NCBI GenBank assembly: GCA_016748015.1
Contig: JAAOMT010000282.1
Span: forward strand, 62,001 to 126,000
DNA from: Geosiphon pyriformis uo1
Taxonomy: Eukaryota; Fungi; Glomeromycota
Length of the DNA stretch: 64,000 nucleotides
Reading direction: 5' to 3'
The translations under genes and the position numbers were made by a program. Under the pieces are notes generated by a model that saw only the letters and a program-made list of their open reading frames with translations, was not told where the DNA came from and ran no database searches. This document shows, one piece after another, positions 24,395 to 38,373 of this stretch. Numbering within the stretch: position 1 is the first letter of the stretch; each line of letters begins with the position of its first letter.

Positions 24395-27300
24395 GCAGTT
24401 TGGTCTGGAAAGTTGCTACGTGCAACGTCAGAAGCATGAACAATCCTGCTAAGCAAGAGGATGTTATTAAGTGGCATAAGAAAATGAACAATTTGGTCTT
24501 TATCATTACTGAAACAAAATTAAGGAGTAAGATTCGTCCATGGATTGCAAATAAGTTTGATAGTGTCTGAGTGTTTACTTTTGGTTCAAACTCTGGTCAC
24601 TTGGGTGCGGGTGTTGCTGTTATCATAGACGTTTCTTTGGCTCGTCATGTGTGCAAGGTTTCTGAAGTGCCTGGTCAACTCCTGTCTGTTAAATTACTTT
24701 TCAGGAGTAAACTTTCTGTGTCAATTCTGGGGCTTTATGCTGGTGCTTTTCCGGCAGTTTGGTTCTCTCAGGCTGGTGAGATCAACTCTCTCATTGTGAA
24801 GGCTGTCAATGAATCTTCTTTCATTGTTCTTGGTAGCAATTTCAATGAAAATAGTTCTTGTAAATGTGCAAGTTTTAGGAAGTGCCTTGATTTAAGTCTG
24901 GCAAATTCTTTGGTAAAAAGCCCAGCTGTGAAATTGCCTACTTGGGCAAACTCTAGGGGTATTAAGAAAACGATTGACTACGTGTTAGTTTCTTCAAATT
25001 TAGTTAATACGATAGTACACCGCGATGTCTCAGATGTTGGTAAACATTTCAAAATGAACCATTAGGCTGTTTCCATGTTTTTGGGTTTAGGTGGTTTATT
25101 GGATGTGCAATTGAACTCTCTTCGCAAACAGGCAAATAGAGATTGTTGGAAGTTTAATTTTAAGGGTGCTGATAATGCAAAATAGAACAAGTTCAAGGGT
25201 GCTACAGCAGCTAATGCTACCATGTTCTCTGATGATTTTATTGCCTCCCAGCAATTCTCAGATTTGGATGCAATATGGAACATTGTTCACAAAATAATGG
25301 TTCTTTCAGCTAATAAGATGTTTAAGAAGAAATGGTTTAAGGACTATGATGGTGTCTTCACTAAGAAATCATCCAAATTTTATAAATTAAAACTTTTGAT
25401 ATCAAAGCTGGTTAAAGCTTTTCGGTCAATTTGTCATGACAAATTCATTTCACTGTTGGAAGTCTGGAGTTCTCTTGATAATGATAATGCCTCTGTGGTC
25501 AGGTCTCTCTTTCTCTTCAGTTCACCTCTTAATACTGTTCAGTCAGCTCTTTCCAAGATCAGAAAAACTTATCATTCACTTAAAATGGCGGAATCGAAGC
25601 ATGTAAAGGAATCTCAAATCAAATCGGCAATCTATAAGAGGATGGAAAGTTTCGAGCTGAACAAGGGTCACACTATTCGGAGCATTCTGGAGCATCCTTT
25701 CCATAAGATCATCTTGGATCACTTAGTTGTGGACGATGAACTGGTTATGGAACCTGGTCCTGTGAGATCAAGGGTGGATGAAATCATAAAAAGATGGACT
25801 AGGAAGCATAGGGTGGTTCCCAATGTCCCTAATGTGTGATACTGTCAGTATCAGCCATTGGATTACGTTTTTAATGAGGCTTTTTCTGGTGTAATGCAGC
25901 CAATTGAGTTTTTGGAATTGTTTGGTGTGGTTTCTGATTTGCCTGTAGGCAAGGCTGCTAGTCTTTCGGGTATTTCAAATGAACTGTGGATGCATAGCAA
26001 TAGGTCTGTTCTGGATATGCTCTTGGTGCTTCTGAATTCTTGTCTGTCTCATGAGTTTGTGCCTGGTCCTTGGAGGGAAGCTTGGGTTTCAATGATCCCT
26101 AAACCATACAAATGGGAAGGTGTTTTCACAAATACCAGACCTATAGCCTTGATCGAGACAGCTTGTAAAATCCTCTCCAAGATTCTCTTCAACAGGATAT
26201 TGCTGGTATACAGTACTTATGACATTCTTTGTGGGGATAATTTTTCAGTTTTGAAGGGTATGACTACCCAAACTCCTATTTTTGCTATTAGTTTGGTTGT
26301 TGAGGATGCTTTGGAGAAGAACTAGGAGCTCTGACTGGTGTTGCAGGATATGCGAAAAGTGTATGACTTTGTTGGATGGGAACATCTCGAGAAGTGTTTG
26401 GTCAGGATCAAAATGTGTAGCAAGTTTATTCATTTTTTCAGTAATATTCATAGAAATCAGACCAATCGGGTTATGACAGATTTCGGTTTAATTGATGGTT
26501 ATAGTATACATAATGAGTTGAACCAAGGAGAAGTTTTTTCCCCTCTTCTTTGGTGCATATTTTATAATCCTCTTATGTGTAAAGTCAAGTATCAGAAGAG
26601 TGTGTGTGGGTATAGACTCAATTCTCATTTTGTCTCTAGGAATAGTTGCACTGAATCTCGGGCTGGGTTTTCTACTTTTTTCACTGCTAAGGCCTTTGTC
26701 GATGACACGATTTGGGTTGGCAGCAGTCAGACTGTTACTCAATATATTCTCAATGTTGCTAGTGAATTTTTTTGAATTAATGACATTTCAATCAACAACA
26801 ACAAAACTGTGGCCATTTCTATTAATAGCAGGATCAGCAATCCATTTCTTTTTATCAGTGGTTCACTTATTTCCATAGCCAAAAAAGGCGAATCTCATCA
26901 GTATTTTGGTATCTTTTTCTTATCTAATGGTCTTTCTAAGCCTAGTTTGGCTAAGGCACATTCGAATGTTCATTTTTTCAGCAATTTGGTTCTAAAGAAA
27001 GCGGTTTTGGATAAGCAGTTCTTGTATTTGGTATCGGCAGTTCTTCATTTTATAGTCAGCTACAGAACGCAGTTCAGCTTTATCCCTGTTGCTATATGCT
27101 ACAAGTAGAATGCTCTGATTCGCAAGGGTTTAAAACTTAAATCTGGTCTTCCTCTCAATTTTCTTAGTGACATGATTCATCATCCTTCCTTTTATGGTTT
27201 GAAGTCCTTCTTACAATATCAGTCTGAAAGCAAGGTTGCTTCACTTATTAGTTTTGCAAACTCCTACGGGGTTCTGGGTCAATTGTTTAGTTACAGGTCT

Positions 27301-29069
27301 CATGACTTGCAAGTTCTGTGTTGGCGTCCCGTTCATTTATTGAGTTCACCGGCTTGTATTTGTGTTAGTGTTTCCAATAATTTCTTGTCAGGAATGGTAC
27401 GTATTCTTCTTGGGTGCAATTTGTCTTTAGGTGGCTTTTTGGCTAGCTCTTTTCAGTTTCGTGATGGGGTGCCCATATCTGCTGTTCTGAGTAAATCCTT
27501 GTTTTTCAAGTACTTGCCTTCTCTCCAGCATTATGACATTGCCTTTGTGGATCAGCTTCGGAATCGTCATGGGAGTATCTTCGATTGGTACATCTTTAAG
27601 CGGTAGAAGAAGCTGGATCCTTGTGGCCCAGTTCCTGAGTGGTTCAAACGCTCTGTTGTATTTCTAAATGGTGTGTCTCTCTTTCCTTTGGCTTCGAGTG
27701 ATGTTGGCCCTGTGGACATTCATGGTTCTGATGGTTTTGTGTCTGTATGTGATCATCTTTCTCAGATTAGCACTGATAGTTTGTCTGTGTATATGGATGG
27801 GTCGGTGAAAAACTTGGGCACGGCTGGTTGTAGGGCTGGGGCTGCTGCCTTTTTTGAGAACATTAACTTGGGTTTGGGTGTTTGTGTTCAGGGTTTGATG
27901 TCATCTACTTTGGTGGAGTTGCAGGCTGTGGCATTGGCTCTGAAGTGTGTGCCTGTAGATCATTCTGTTTGTCTGTTTTCAGATAGCCAGGCAGCTTTGG
28001 ATGCTTGCAAGTCAGAAGTGAACTTGATGTATCCTGACTTTCATAATCAGTGTTGGATTGAGCACTGGCATATTAGGAATATTATCTACAGGAACAATTT
28101 GAGAGTTAGTTGACATAAAGTTAAGGGCCACTCTGGTGTGTTGGGAAATGATTGTGCCAATAGCATCGCTGATGCTGCAGCTCTCTCTGTTTGGCTTCTC
28201 CCTCCTCATGTGGATGAACATTTTTTGTTGGCAGACGGTAGTATTGTTTCTGGTAATTCTAGACACTTTGTTCAGGATGTTTTTCATGCTGTCTGTTGGA
28301 CATGCTGGGAAATCGGTTCCAGTTCTGGGTTTCTAGCTGGTAATTTGCACTCAGATGTCAATTGGCTTGCCTCTTCCAGAGTTTGGCACCCTAATTTGCA
28401 TATGGCGACTGGTTTCACCAACAGGCATACTGCTGATATTCATACTTACCTCATGAAGACTTTACACTATTGTCTTTCCATGGCTGTTCGAAAGTGCGTT
28501 TATAATAAATGTTACCCTAGTGTTTTGTGTCTGTATTGTGGTGAGGTGGAGGTGTCTGATCACATGTTTTCTTGTATAATTGATGATGTGGCTCGTCATC
28601 AGGTTTTGGAATCCTGTATATCTTCTTGGATGGTGCTTTCTGGTCTTTTCCTCCCTTCTTCAAGTGTTTTACAGCTGCTGTCGATCTGTGTTTCAGATTT
28701 TCTGGTGTTCTCGGCTCTTTGCAAGGGTTTTGTTTTCAAAGGATAGCTTCAGGAGGCTGTTTCCATCTTCCGTGATCCCAAAATTACTGGTATTAAAGTT
28801 GCTGATTTTGTGTGCTCTATTTGTGTCGCTTTCAGGGATGACATTTGGTTGGTCTGTGCTAAGCATTATGTATACATGGAAAAGAATGGCCTGATCCCAG
28901 TGGATGGCTTGGTTCCTGTCACACTTTCTGGTTTGGCGTCAAGATTCTCGGATGGTATAGTTAAGCTGCTTGGTATTACTGAAGCTTTTGGCATCCGTTT
29001 TGGCTTTTGCAAATCTTGCTTTTTTTTTCAGGTATTGGTGACCCGGTTTCAGTTAATATAATTGCATAG
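24391..29069 (+). pseudogene. LINE ORF2: AP endonuclease, RT, RNase H, C-terminal CCHC; 11 premature stops
   Basis: ATCNVR, ITETK, G(S)NFN, TIDY; RPIALIE, LQDMRK.YD, QGE, AFVDD; YMDGS, ELQAV, SDSQ, KVKGH, GND; CLYC..DH.FSC. Confidence 0.93.
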
Positions 29070-29215
29070 TGTTGTCTTGACTGGCTCAAGTGGCTGGTCA
29101 CGTGTGGAAAATGCATGATTCATGCCTAGTTTAGATCATTTCTTTGATGTATAGTTCTAAGTAATGTTTGGACTTCACTCATTAAATAATAATAATAATA
29201 AAAAATAACATTAAA

Positions 29216-32200
29216 AAAAGGTGATAATACAAAATAACACAAAATAATACAGAATAATAAAATAAATTAAGATAATATATAATAATACATAATAATATAA
29301 AATAGCATAAAATAACTAGTAATAATATAAAATAATTAATTATAATACAAAAAAATAAAAGAATAGTTGAAATAGTAAATAATAACTAATAATAATAAGC
29401 AATTAAAAACAATCTTGTAAAACTAAAAAATATATATAAAAATGAGCAATTTTAACAGATAAAAAAAGATAAAATATACAAAAACTAATTTATATTCTAA
29501 ATTTACCAAATAAAATATTATAATCTTAAATACTTTAAGTATTAAGATTTGATTAATTGTTTTGCTTACTTTAATTTCAGATCAGATACAATTAATATAA
29601 ACACTTTTGAAATTTTAATAATTGAGATTAAATATTTTTAATTATAATAATTAATAAAATACTAATTTTTATTTTTTTTTATTTTTTTTATTTTTTATTT
29701 TTTGTGGAATAGCAACATTGAAAATTAATTGTCTGAAAATAAACTTTATAATAGCTTGGTAAAAAAAAAAGCTTTTTTTAAGTTTAAATATTAACTTTAT
29801 TTTATTAACTTATTAAAAGAACAAAAAAATAATATTGAATTCTAATAACTGTATTTATTAGCTTAAAAAGAAATATAACTATAATATCACATTTAAGAAA
29901 ACAATATTTTTGTTTTTTATAACAAAAAAACTCAATGAATAGAATTTTAAACAAGAAAATCTTTAGAAATTATTAACTAACTTTACTATTTAAATTTAAT
30001 TTATTCTAAATCAACTTGTTTTTAATATTTAATTATGAGCACCAAATATTATAATTATATTCTACTAAGTTTACCTGTAATAAAGTTTAATTATTTAAAA
30101 TTTTAAAAAAACTATTTTAAAATTAATTATAAAATTAATATTAATAATATTAATAAAACAATTAATAAAAATTTTAAAGTTAATTACAAATTTTATCAAA
30201 GTTTTAAAAAAAATTATATTCTATAATTTAAAATAAAAAATTTCAAATTTTAATATTTAAAACAATATTAATAATTATTTTCTATTTTATATAATTTTTT
30301 AAAGTATTAATTTTGATAATAATAATATTTAAGTTAATTAAAAACTAAAACAATAATAATATATTTTAATTATTAAATAAAATTAAAAATTAAAAAATAA
30401 AACAAATATAATTATATTATTAAAAACCAGCTTATTAATTTTAAAAACAATATAACTAAATAGAAAATTTAATAATTTAGTCTTAAAAATATTTTTTAAA
30501 ATAATTGTTTTATTTTAATTCAAAAAAAATTGTAAAACTTTTTATAATAATAATAATTATATTAAAATTAAAATTAATTAATTACTTTAAAAAAACTTTT
30601 ACTTAAAGCTAAAAATAATGTTTTAATAATAAATAAAGATTATTTTAACTTTATATTATTTAAAAAAAAATTATTGTTTTTTAAAATATATTTAAATTCA
30701 AATTATTTAATTTTTTTTTGGCTATATTTTTTAAAATTAGTAATTAAATTTGTTTTATTTTTTAATTTCTTAATACCAATTATTAATAATAATTTATTAT
30801 TATTATTTTTAAATTTAAGAAAGTTTTTAATAAAATAATTATAAATATTAATACTTTATATAATAATTATTTGGTTTTGGTTTTTTAAGATTTTTTTTAT
30901 ATTTTTTATTATATTTAAAATTTATGTAAACTAGTATCTAGTTTGGTATTTTATATTAAAGTTATTATTATTTAATTGTTGTCTAGTTTTGTTTTTTTAT
31001 TAATAAATTATATAATATTAAATTAGTTTTTTTGAAATTTAAATTAAAAAGTTATTTAATATAATTAAATTCTTGGTTATTAAAATTGAGTTTTTAGTTG
31101 TTTTTTTATGATTATTAAAGTAAATTCTAATATAAATATTAAAATTTAATTTGTTTTTTAAAAGAATTAAATCAGATGTATTTCTAAGTTGGTTATTAAT
31201 TTATTTAAATGTTTATTTTAATTTAAAGATAATTAAATTTTTTATGGCTTAAATAATATTAATTTCGTTATAATTAATTATAAAAAATTGTATTATATGG
31301 TAAACTTTAAGATAATAAGACAAAGTTTAACAAAATTCAACAAAAAAATAAATACATACAGTTATTAAAAATAAAAATACTTTGATAAAAAATAAACAAG
31401 TAATATTTATTTTAAATAATTAAATATATATTGTTTATAGCATATATTGTGTTTAATATATAATAATTTGTATTATATAGAAATAACTATGATTGGATTA
31501 TACTTGTAAAACATAAAGTAATCTTTTAAATTATTTTATATTAAATAAAAAAAAATAAAAAAAACATAAACTATATTTAATATCACTAAAAATTTATGTG
31601 GTTTTTATATATATTTAATTATTTAATATAAATAAAAATTTAAATATTAATATAAGTTTTTTAATTTACAATATAATATTTAAAACAAAATTAAATAAAT
31701 GTATAATTAATTATTTTAAAAATCAAACAAATTGGTTTATTATTTTTTAATACATCAATAATTAAATTTTTAAATGGCTGGTTACATATAGAAAATATTT
31801 AAAGTAAAATATGTGTATACTTTGCATGAATATTAATTTTATACAATAAAATATGTTTTAAAAAAAATGTATAATTAATTAATTAATTAATAATAATAAT
31901 AATAAATTTTGAATTTAAATATTCTTTATTATTAAGATTGTTTTTAATAAAATTAAAATGTTTAAAATTATTAAATATTGTTTTAATAATATTAAAAACG
32001 ATAAAACATAACTTTAATTTACAAATTATTTAAATTAATTAATTACGAATCAAATTATATTTAAAATTTAATAGAATATAAAACAAAAAATTTCTTTTAT
32101 TAATAAATATATATTTTATTAATAATAATTAATTAATGTATTATTAAAAAATATTTGCAGCTCTAAATTTTTATTTAATGTATGGTTTTTTAACTTTTAA

Positions 32201-32300
32201 TTGTAATTAGTTTAAAATAAAATACACAAAAAATAATATAAAAATTAAAGCAATTGTTAATTAAAAATATTCATTATGGAAAATAACATTATGTTAACAT
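29216..32300. other. Extremely AT-rich eroded TE cluster
   Basis: 10-bp-period repeats at 29230-29330, an LTR-end-like AGCAACA at 29711-29717, and a LINE tail at 31770. Otherwise unassignable. Confidence 0.45.
31770..31905 (+). mobile_element. Degenerate LINE-family 3' tail
   Basis: aaatggctggttacatatagaaaat resembles aagtggctggtcacgtgtggaaaat of the LINE, and ends in a (TAA)n run. Confidence 0.5.
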
Positions 32301-33124
32301 AATATTTAAATGTAATTATATTCTATATTTTATCAGCTGCTATAAAAATATTCCTACCATCACAATTAGCTGATGATGATCTCACAAATTTATATAAAAA
32401 TGAAGATATCCTTTCCTACTTTTTTAAGTTTCTTCGCATATTTCCCATAGTAAAAAAAGCTCATTCTGATTTAGCGGTGCATCAAAAACTTGATCCCAGT
32501 CTCGCCATATTAGGGATTATTGATTATGCGATTAAAAGAGCGTGGGACTAGCGTGGGAGTTGCAAATTGAATTGTGCTCATTATAGAAAATCATCCTCGT
32601 ACAATTCCAAAAAAATGTTTTTAAGGGAGCAACCCTGCTAAAGACCGAGATAATGGATGGCCATCTAGCTGTCTAACCTATTTAATTCACCTATTGATTT
32701 CCTCTCGCTCAGACTACAATAATTTTTTCAAGTTGATTCGGTAGCTCGGCCACAAAGAAAACTTTTGCTTATCACCCAACGACGCAAGGTATGGCAAACG
32801 TTTCACAATAATGAAAAGTCGTGTAATTTTTCCCAAAAGAGAAGAAACTGAGTCGTTTTGCCACAGGCAGTAACAATTTTGTTGGGATCATCCAGGATCG
32901 AAAAAGTTTTGGTGTAACGCTGGATTTCTATTTGATTCACCAGTTTGCGAGGTGCTGATGCTTTCTACACTTTTTGCTTTTCTTGATCACCATTGTCTCA
33001 TCATCAGAGACTAGAAATAACTTTGGTCGATATCTTTTTGTAGGAAAATATCAATTATCAGCGAATACACCATCATAACCAATAAATTCTCCAGCTCAAC
33101 TATTGAATCTTTACTAAAGAAAAA

Positions 33125-34020
33125 ATGCAAAGCACATTAGCTATTAATCTCTCTGTCACCAACACCACAGTCAACATCACTGAAGGCAAACGAAAAATGA
33201 ATTTTCCCGACATAGATATTGAAAAATTACATCCTCAAACCATCGAGTTTGCCCTTCCTGATACAATATTAACTGAAGAGGTCATGGCACTTCGCTCATC
33301 CCGACCTGTAACGCGGTCACAGAAACGCGGGGGCAAGCCTAGAACTTATAACGCTGATACTTCAGATGACGACGATATCTTCCTAAACCATAGTAATGGA
33401 AGCACAAAAGCTTCGACTGGAGCACGGCATAAGAGTACCTCGCTGTATGTACAAAGCAAACTTGCTGCTTATAAACCTTACCGACGAGGTTCGCGAACGA
33501 AGAATCTTCCAAAAGTGGAAGATAAGCAAATCGCTAGCTGGGCTGGTATGTATCAAACATTTTGGGATCCTACACATTAGATTCATCAATAGTATTTTTT
33601 ATACCTTGTCCAAGAACCAAGGTCATTTATAATTTATTTTATGGTAAATCTTTAGAACAACCAGTCCCAGCTCCAATCGGCTTTAACCCAGCGTTCAAAC
33701 ATACTCCTTTCCTTAAGCAAACAACGCCATCTGTTATAGCAAAAGGCCCATACAAGCTTGAAGCGAAAAAGATCCAAGAAACCTTCATTACAAATAGTTT
33801 TGCGTAAGTTTAAGAAGTGATCTTTAAATAAAGTTTTGTTTCTGAGCAAAAAAGCTACAAAGTTTACAATTAAAATATAACCAATTTCAAAATGGGCTTT
33901 CTTTATATTCAATATCTTTATAGAAGCTACGTTGCAGCCTGGCTTGAGGCCGCAGAAAGCCTCGAGCAACGTGATGCGATGGACATTGATCCCGTCCAGG
34001 TATCAATCTTTCTCACTTAA
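33125..34020 (+). CDS. Hypothetical protein, 3 exons (33125-33545, 33656-33803, 33923-34020)
   Basis: GTATGT and GTAAGT donors and TAG acceptors join in frame: ...QIASWA|EQPVPAPIGF...TNSFA|SYVAAWLEAAESLEQRDAMDIDPVQ...; no recognised domain, and the 3' end is uncertain. Confidence 0.6.
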
Positions 34021-34658
34021 AGTTTGGTTTTGCAGTTATTTAACCAACTCATTTTTCAAAAAATCTATTTTATTATTTTCTGTCTTGAATCTCTGATTTT
34101 TTCCCAACAATCCATCTTGAACGCTTTCCAACACTTCCCAGATCCAAGGATAACCAATGACTGATTTACCATTCGCAAATTTAGATGTATGAACGTAGAT
34201 TACTTTTATAAAAAGGGGACAATAGTTGGAGAATTTTGGGTTGCCGGTTACGGACATTCTAATAGATATAAGTTCGAAAATGACTTTAATATTTTTTGCA
34301 TATAATTTCTTGCACATATTTTCCTTACTGTTAATTTTTTAATTTTGCATGTGATTTATACTTTTTGCATATTCAATAAAATTCCGATTTCTTCATATAT
34401 TTGGTAAATTACCTTTCTCAGAGAAAGGATTTTAGTAAATGAACGAAAAAAACTGCTTCCACGTTAAATATTGACAAACAAATTTGCCTTCCCTAAATCG
34501 ATGAATCCTAAAAATTGCATGTTATCTTAGGTGATTATCTCTACATCGATAAGGTCACATGTGGTTTGGGTTACACTAACATAAAGCTTTCTCACACCTT
34601 TTACTCAGCAATCAATTTTCTACCTACTCAAAGCCTCAGCTCCTTTAAATCAACGAAC

Positions 34659-36505
34659 ATGCCGGCCATTAGCTCAATTTCGAGGCTTCTTACGCATGGT
34701 TTGGGCCATAGTGCCAAAAATTTTCTCACAGGTCCACAACCAAGGGCACCAATCCTTCCGTTAGTTTTAGTAAAAAGCAAGAAGTACACTTCTTTAACGA
34801 ATCCCGTACGTCTCGCTTCTCCCATTGAAACAAGCACACAAATGCTCGTCACCCCTTCACCAGGTAATATAAAATATTTGGCATCTTTTCATTCATTCTA
34901 TTAAAAGGGATCTGGTATTTTATAACTTATCAACGTTATAGAACTCCTTGGGTTTGAAGAAACCAGGATAAAACACCCTGATAGACCAATATACCTTGAT
35001 ATGCAGGCCACAACGCCAACTGATCCACGCGTTCTCGATGCCATGATGCCATATTTGACACAACAATATGGTAATCCCCATTCAAGAACGCACGCGTATG
35101 GTTGGGAGGCTGAAAAAGCTGTAGAAAAAGCTCGTACTGTAGGTTAATAATTTATATCTATTATTCATTGATAAAAGCTCTAATTACCTTTAATTTTTTT
35201 GGAGTATGTGGCTGAATTAATTGGCGCTGATCCTAAAGAGATTGTGTTCACATCGGGAGCTACTGAATCAAATAATATGAGCGTCAAAGGTGTCCCTCGA
35301 TTCTACAAGAGCAGCAAAAACCATGTCATCACATCACAAATAGTCAGTATTTCTTTTTTGGGATTGTTTTGGTTTTCAAAAAAAGTGATTTTGAATACCT
35401 CAACTAGGTTTATTTTAGGAGCACAAATGTGTGCTAGACTCATGTCGAGTTTTATCCGAAGAAAATTTTAAATTGACATACCTACCAGTGCAAAAATCCG
35501 GAATTATCGAACTTCAAGAATTAGAGAAATCTATAACTCCTGAAACTTCCCTGGTGTCCATTATGACGGTCAATAATGAAATTGGGGTCATACAACCAAT
35601 CGAAGAAATTGGCAAATTATGTCGGTCAAAAAAAGTCTTCTTTCATACTGACGCGGCTCAAGCCGTTGGAAAGATCCCGGTAGACGTGAACAAGATGAAC
35701 ATAGATTTAATGAGTATTTCAGGGCACAAAATTTATGGACCTAAGGGAATTGGTGCTCTATATGTTCGAAGGAAACCCAGAGTGAGATTAGAGGCATTGC
35801 AGAGCGGTGGTGGCCAAGAAAGAGGTTTGAGAAGTGGGACTGTACCAACTCCTCTAGTGGTTGGACTTGGTGAAGCATGCCGGATTGCCAAGGAAGAGAT
35901 GCAGGTATTTCTGAGAAATTTCAGTTTATTTAAGGCATTCTGGGAGATATAATATATCAATTTCAACAAGCGATATAAATGATCTTTAATTTTTTCAAGT
36001 ATGATGCTGAACGCGTCAAACAGCTCTCTAAAAGGCTTGTTTCGGGTATAACCTCCAAGATTCAGGATGTCGTCCGAAATGGCGATCCAGAGCAAACATA
36101 CCCCGGCTGCGTTAATCTTTCTTTTGCTTATATTGAAGGAGAGTCACTTTTAATGGCATTGAAAGACGTTGCTCTTTCTTCTGGTTCTGCCTGTACTTCT
36201 GCCTCGCTGGAACCTTCTTATGTATTACGTGCCCTTGGTGCTGAAGATGACATGGCCCATTCGAGCATTCGATTTGGCATCGGAAGATTTACCACGGAAC
36301 AAGAAATTGATCTTGTTATAAATCGTGTGGTGCAACATGTAGATAAGTTGCGAGAAATGTCTCCACTTTGGGAAATGGTATTAAGCTTGATCATGATGGA
36401 ATCAATGCCTTACCCAATGAATGAAAACCCATTAATCGAAAGTTCTTCCTTATTTAGGTTCAAGAAGGTGTTGATTTAAAGTCAATCCAGTGGAGTCAGC
36501 ATTAA
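34659..36505 (+). CDS. NFS1: Mitochondrial cysteine desulfurase, 6 exons
   Basis: Basic, Ser/Leu-rich presequence; [53 protein letters not shown] (PLP Lys), SSGSACTS (catalytic Cys), SPLWEM|[15 protein letters not shown]. Confidence 0.97.
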
Positions 36506-38373
36506 AAGAAATTGCATTGTCATTTTTTGACGATTGAGTTTCGCTAAGTATTCTTCAAGATCAAATCTTCGAAGAAAGGATTTCCAACATCATCCTTTGC
36601 AAAATAGCCTATCTACCATCCTAAAAACATTGCTACATGGCTTAACCCTTAAAAGATAAATGGGGTTTGATTAGAGACATCTGAGGGCTAAAATCTGCGT
36701 TGATTCTGGAAGACCTAAAGTATTTTGTTTAATGAATACGTAAAATCTGAGCATGGCGAGGATCCAAACTTTGTAGAATATCGATAAACTTTTATTATGA
36801 TTGTTACAATATTAAAGAATTAAACAGTTTGTTGATTTACATAAATAATTTTTTATTATTGAATAAAAAATACATATTTTTGCTTCATTACGTTATTTGA
36901 TTTTTTTAAAACTACATAAAAATAAAAAAATCTTTTAATAAAAAAATTATTTAATTATGCTGATTTTTTGGTTTAAATAATAATTTTAATTGTTTTAATA
37001 TTACAAAATTAAATTTAAGGGCTAAAAAATTTATAATTTACAATATTAATCAATAAATAATATATTAGAATATTTTAAAACAATATTGTCCTAATTTTTT
37101 ATTTTACAAAATAAGAGTTAAATTGTTTTTATATTATAAAAATAAGAATTTATAACATTAAGCTTTTAATAACATTATTTTAATAAATCCAATTTTAACA
37201 TTTGTTAAAAATTGAATTTCAAAATTAATATTATTTGAAATAGTTCAATTGTTAAGCTATATTAAAACCCAATTTGTATTTTGTATCCACAAGAGCAGAT
37301 AAAAAGATATGTGTTCAGAATTATTTTAGTTTAATTAATAATGTATTTTAAATTTGTAAATAATAATAAAAATAAAAATTTTGATAATAAAAGTCTAACA
37401 AAGTTGTTTTTAACTTAGTATTCAATTAATGTATTTTTTCATCTTTCAACAAGCAAAGCCCGCATCGGATTTTCTCTGTTCAAGTACAACCAAGACATGA
37501 CTTCTGTAGAAGCCTTTACACATTGCCCCACTACTGTAGAATCCCTCAGGCCGTGTTTTCGGAGAAATAATCAATGGGCGATCATTTATTGTAGAGTTGA
37601 TCTCAGATATATGTGAGTAAAGGCATGTTATCGAAGAAACAGGTAAATGCTCATTTCAAAAAATTTAGTGATTATTATACCCTTTGAAAAAATATAACAT
37701 GTTTAAAATACAATTAGTTATAAGTGTTCGAAAAATGAATTTCAGATTAATTGTTATAATTGAAGTTGATCACACCAGGATGTCTTGAGCTTAAATCTTA
37801 ATATTAATCAATAGAATTCAAATAATCCAAGAGGAAAAATCAACCTATCCATTGATCAAACTTGCTGCACTGCTGACTTGAATGGCGTCAATAATAAAAA
37901 TCAAAATTGTAAAATGTGACAGGTAGTAATCTTAATATGGCTATTAAAATTGCTGCATACTTTTCTATACATCTAAATGAGTTGAATATTTATTACATTT
38001 TGGTGAAGACAAGATTGATGAAGGTGTAGCAAAAAGGTTGTATACAAGTGCTAGTGAAAAAGCCGAATAAAATGAATACTGTATAATAATGAAAATGAAA
38101 GAATAGTTGATGAAAGTTGTAATTGGTACTGAGACTAACTGGAATTTCCTCAAAGTCTACCAATCTCCCAAAGAATAACCGACTACAATTAGAAAACCTA
38201 ATCCCAAAACCGAAATAAAAACCCATGAGGTTGTAGATTGTTATTGACCATTTGCAAATCTTGATGATTTCGATTTGAAAAGTGCAGCCGAAGCCACAAA
38301 AATCAAAGAGAAATCAAAGTCAACCAAACAATCTCAACTACCCGAATTTTTGAAGTAAAAAAATCGAAAAATG

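Larger units (their letters stand above)
22462..29203 (+). mobile_element. Full-length LINE (ORF1 + APE-RT-RNaseH-CCHC ORF2), inactivated
   Basis: 12-bp TSD aataacattaaa at 22450-22461 and 29204-29215; (TAA)n tail; two long ORFs. Confidence 0.95.

Noticed and set aside
22601-29069. Stop-codon reassignment or readthrough explaining the in-frame stops
   Set aside because: All three stop types occur, host genes end normally with TAA/TAG, and parallel missense transitions hit conserved motifs.
32615-33110. Upstream coding exons for the 33125 gene
   Set aside because: Splice-like sites exist (32789/32866), but an in-frame TGA at 33104 precedes the ATG; at most these are 5' UTR introns.
37515-37525. 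gcctttac resembling U5 snRNA loop 1
   Set aside because: Imperfect match, with no flanking stem or Sm site.
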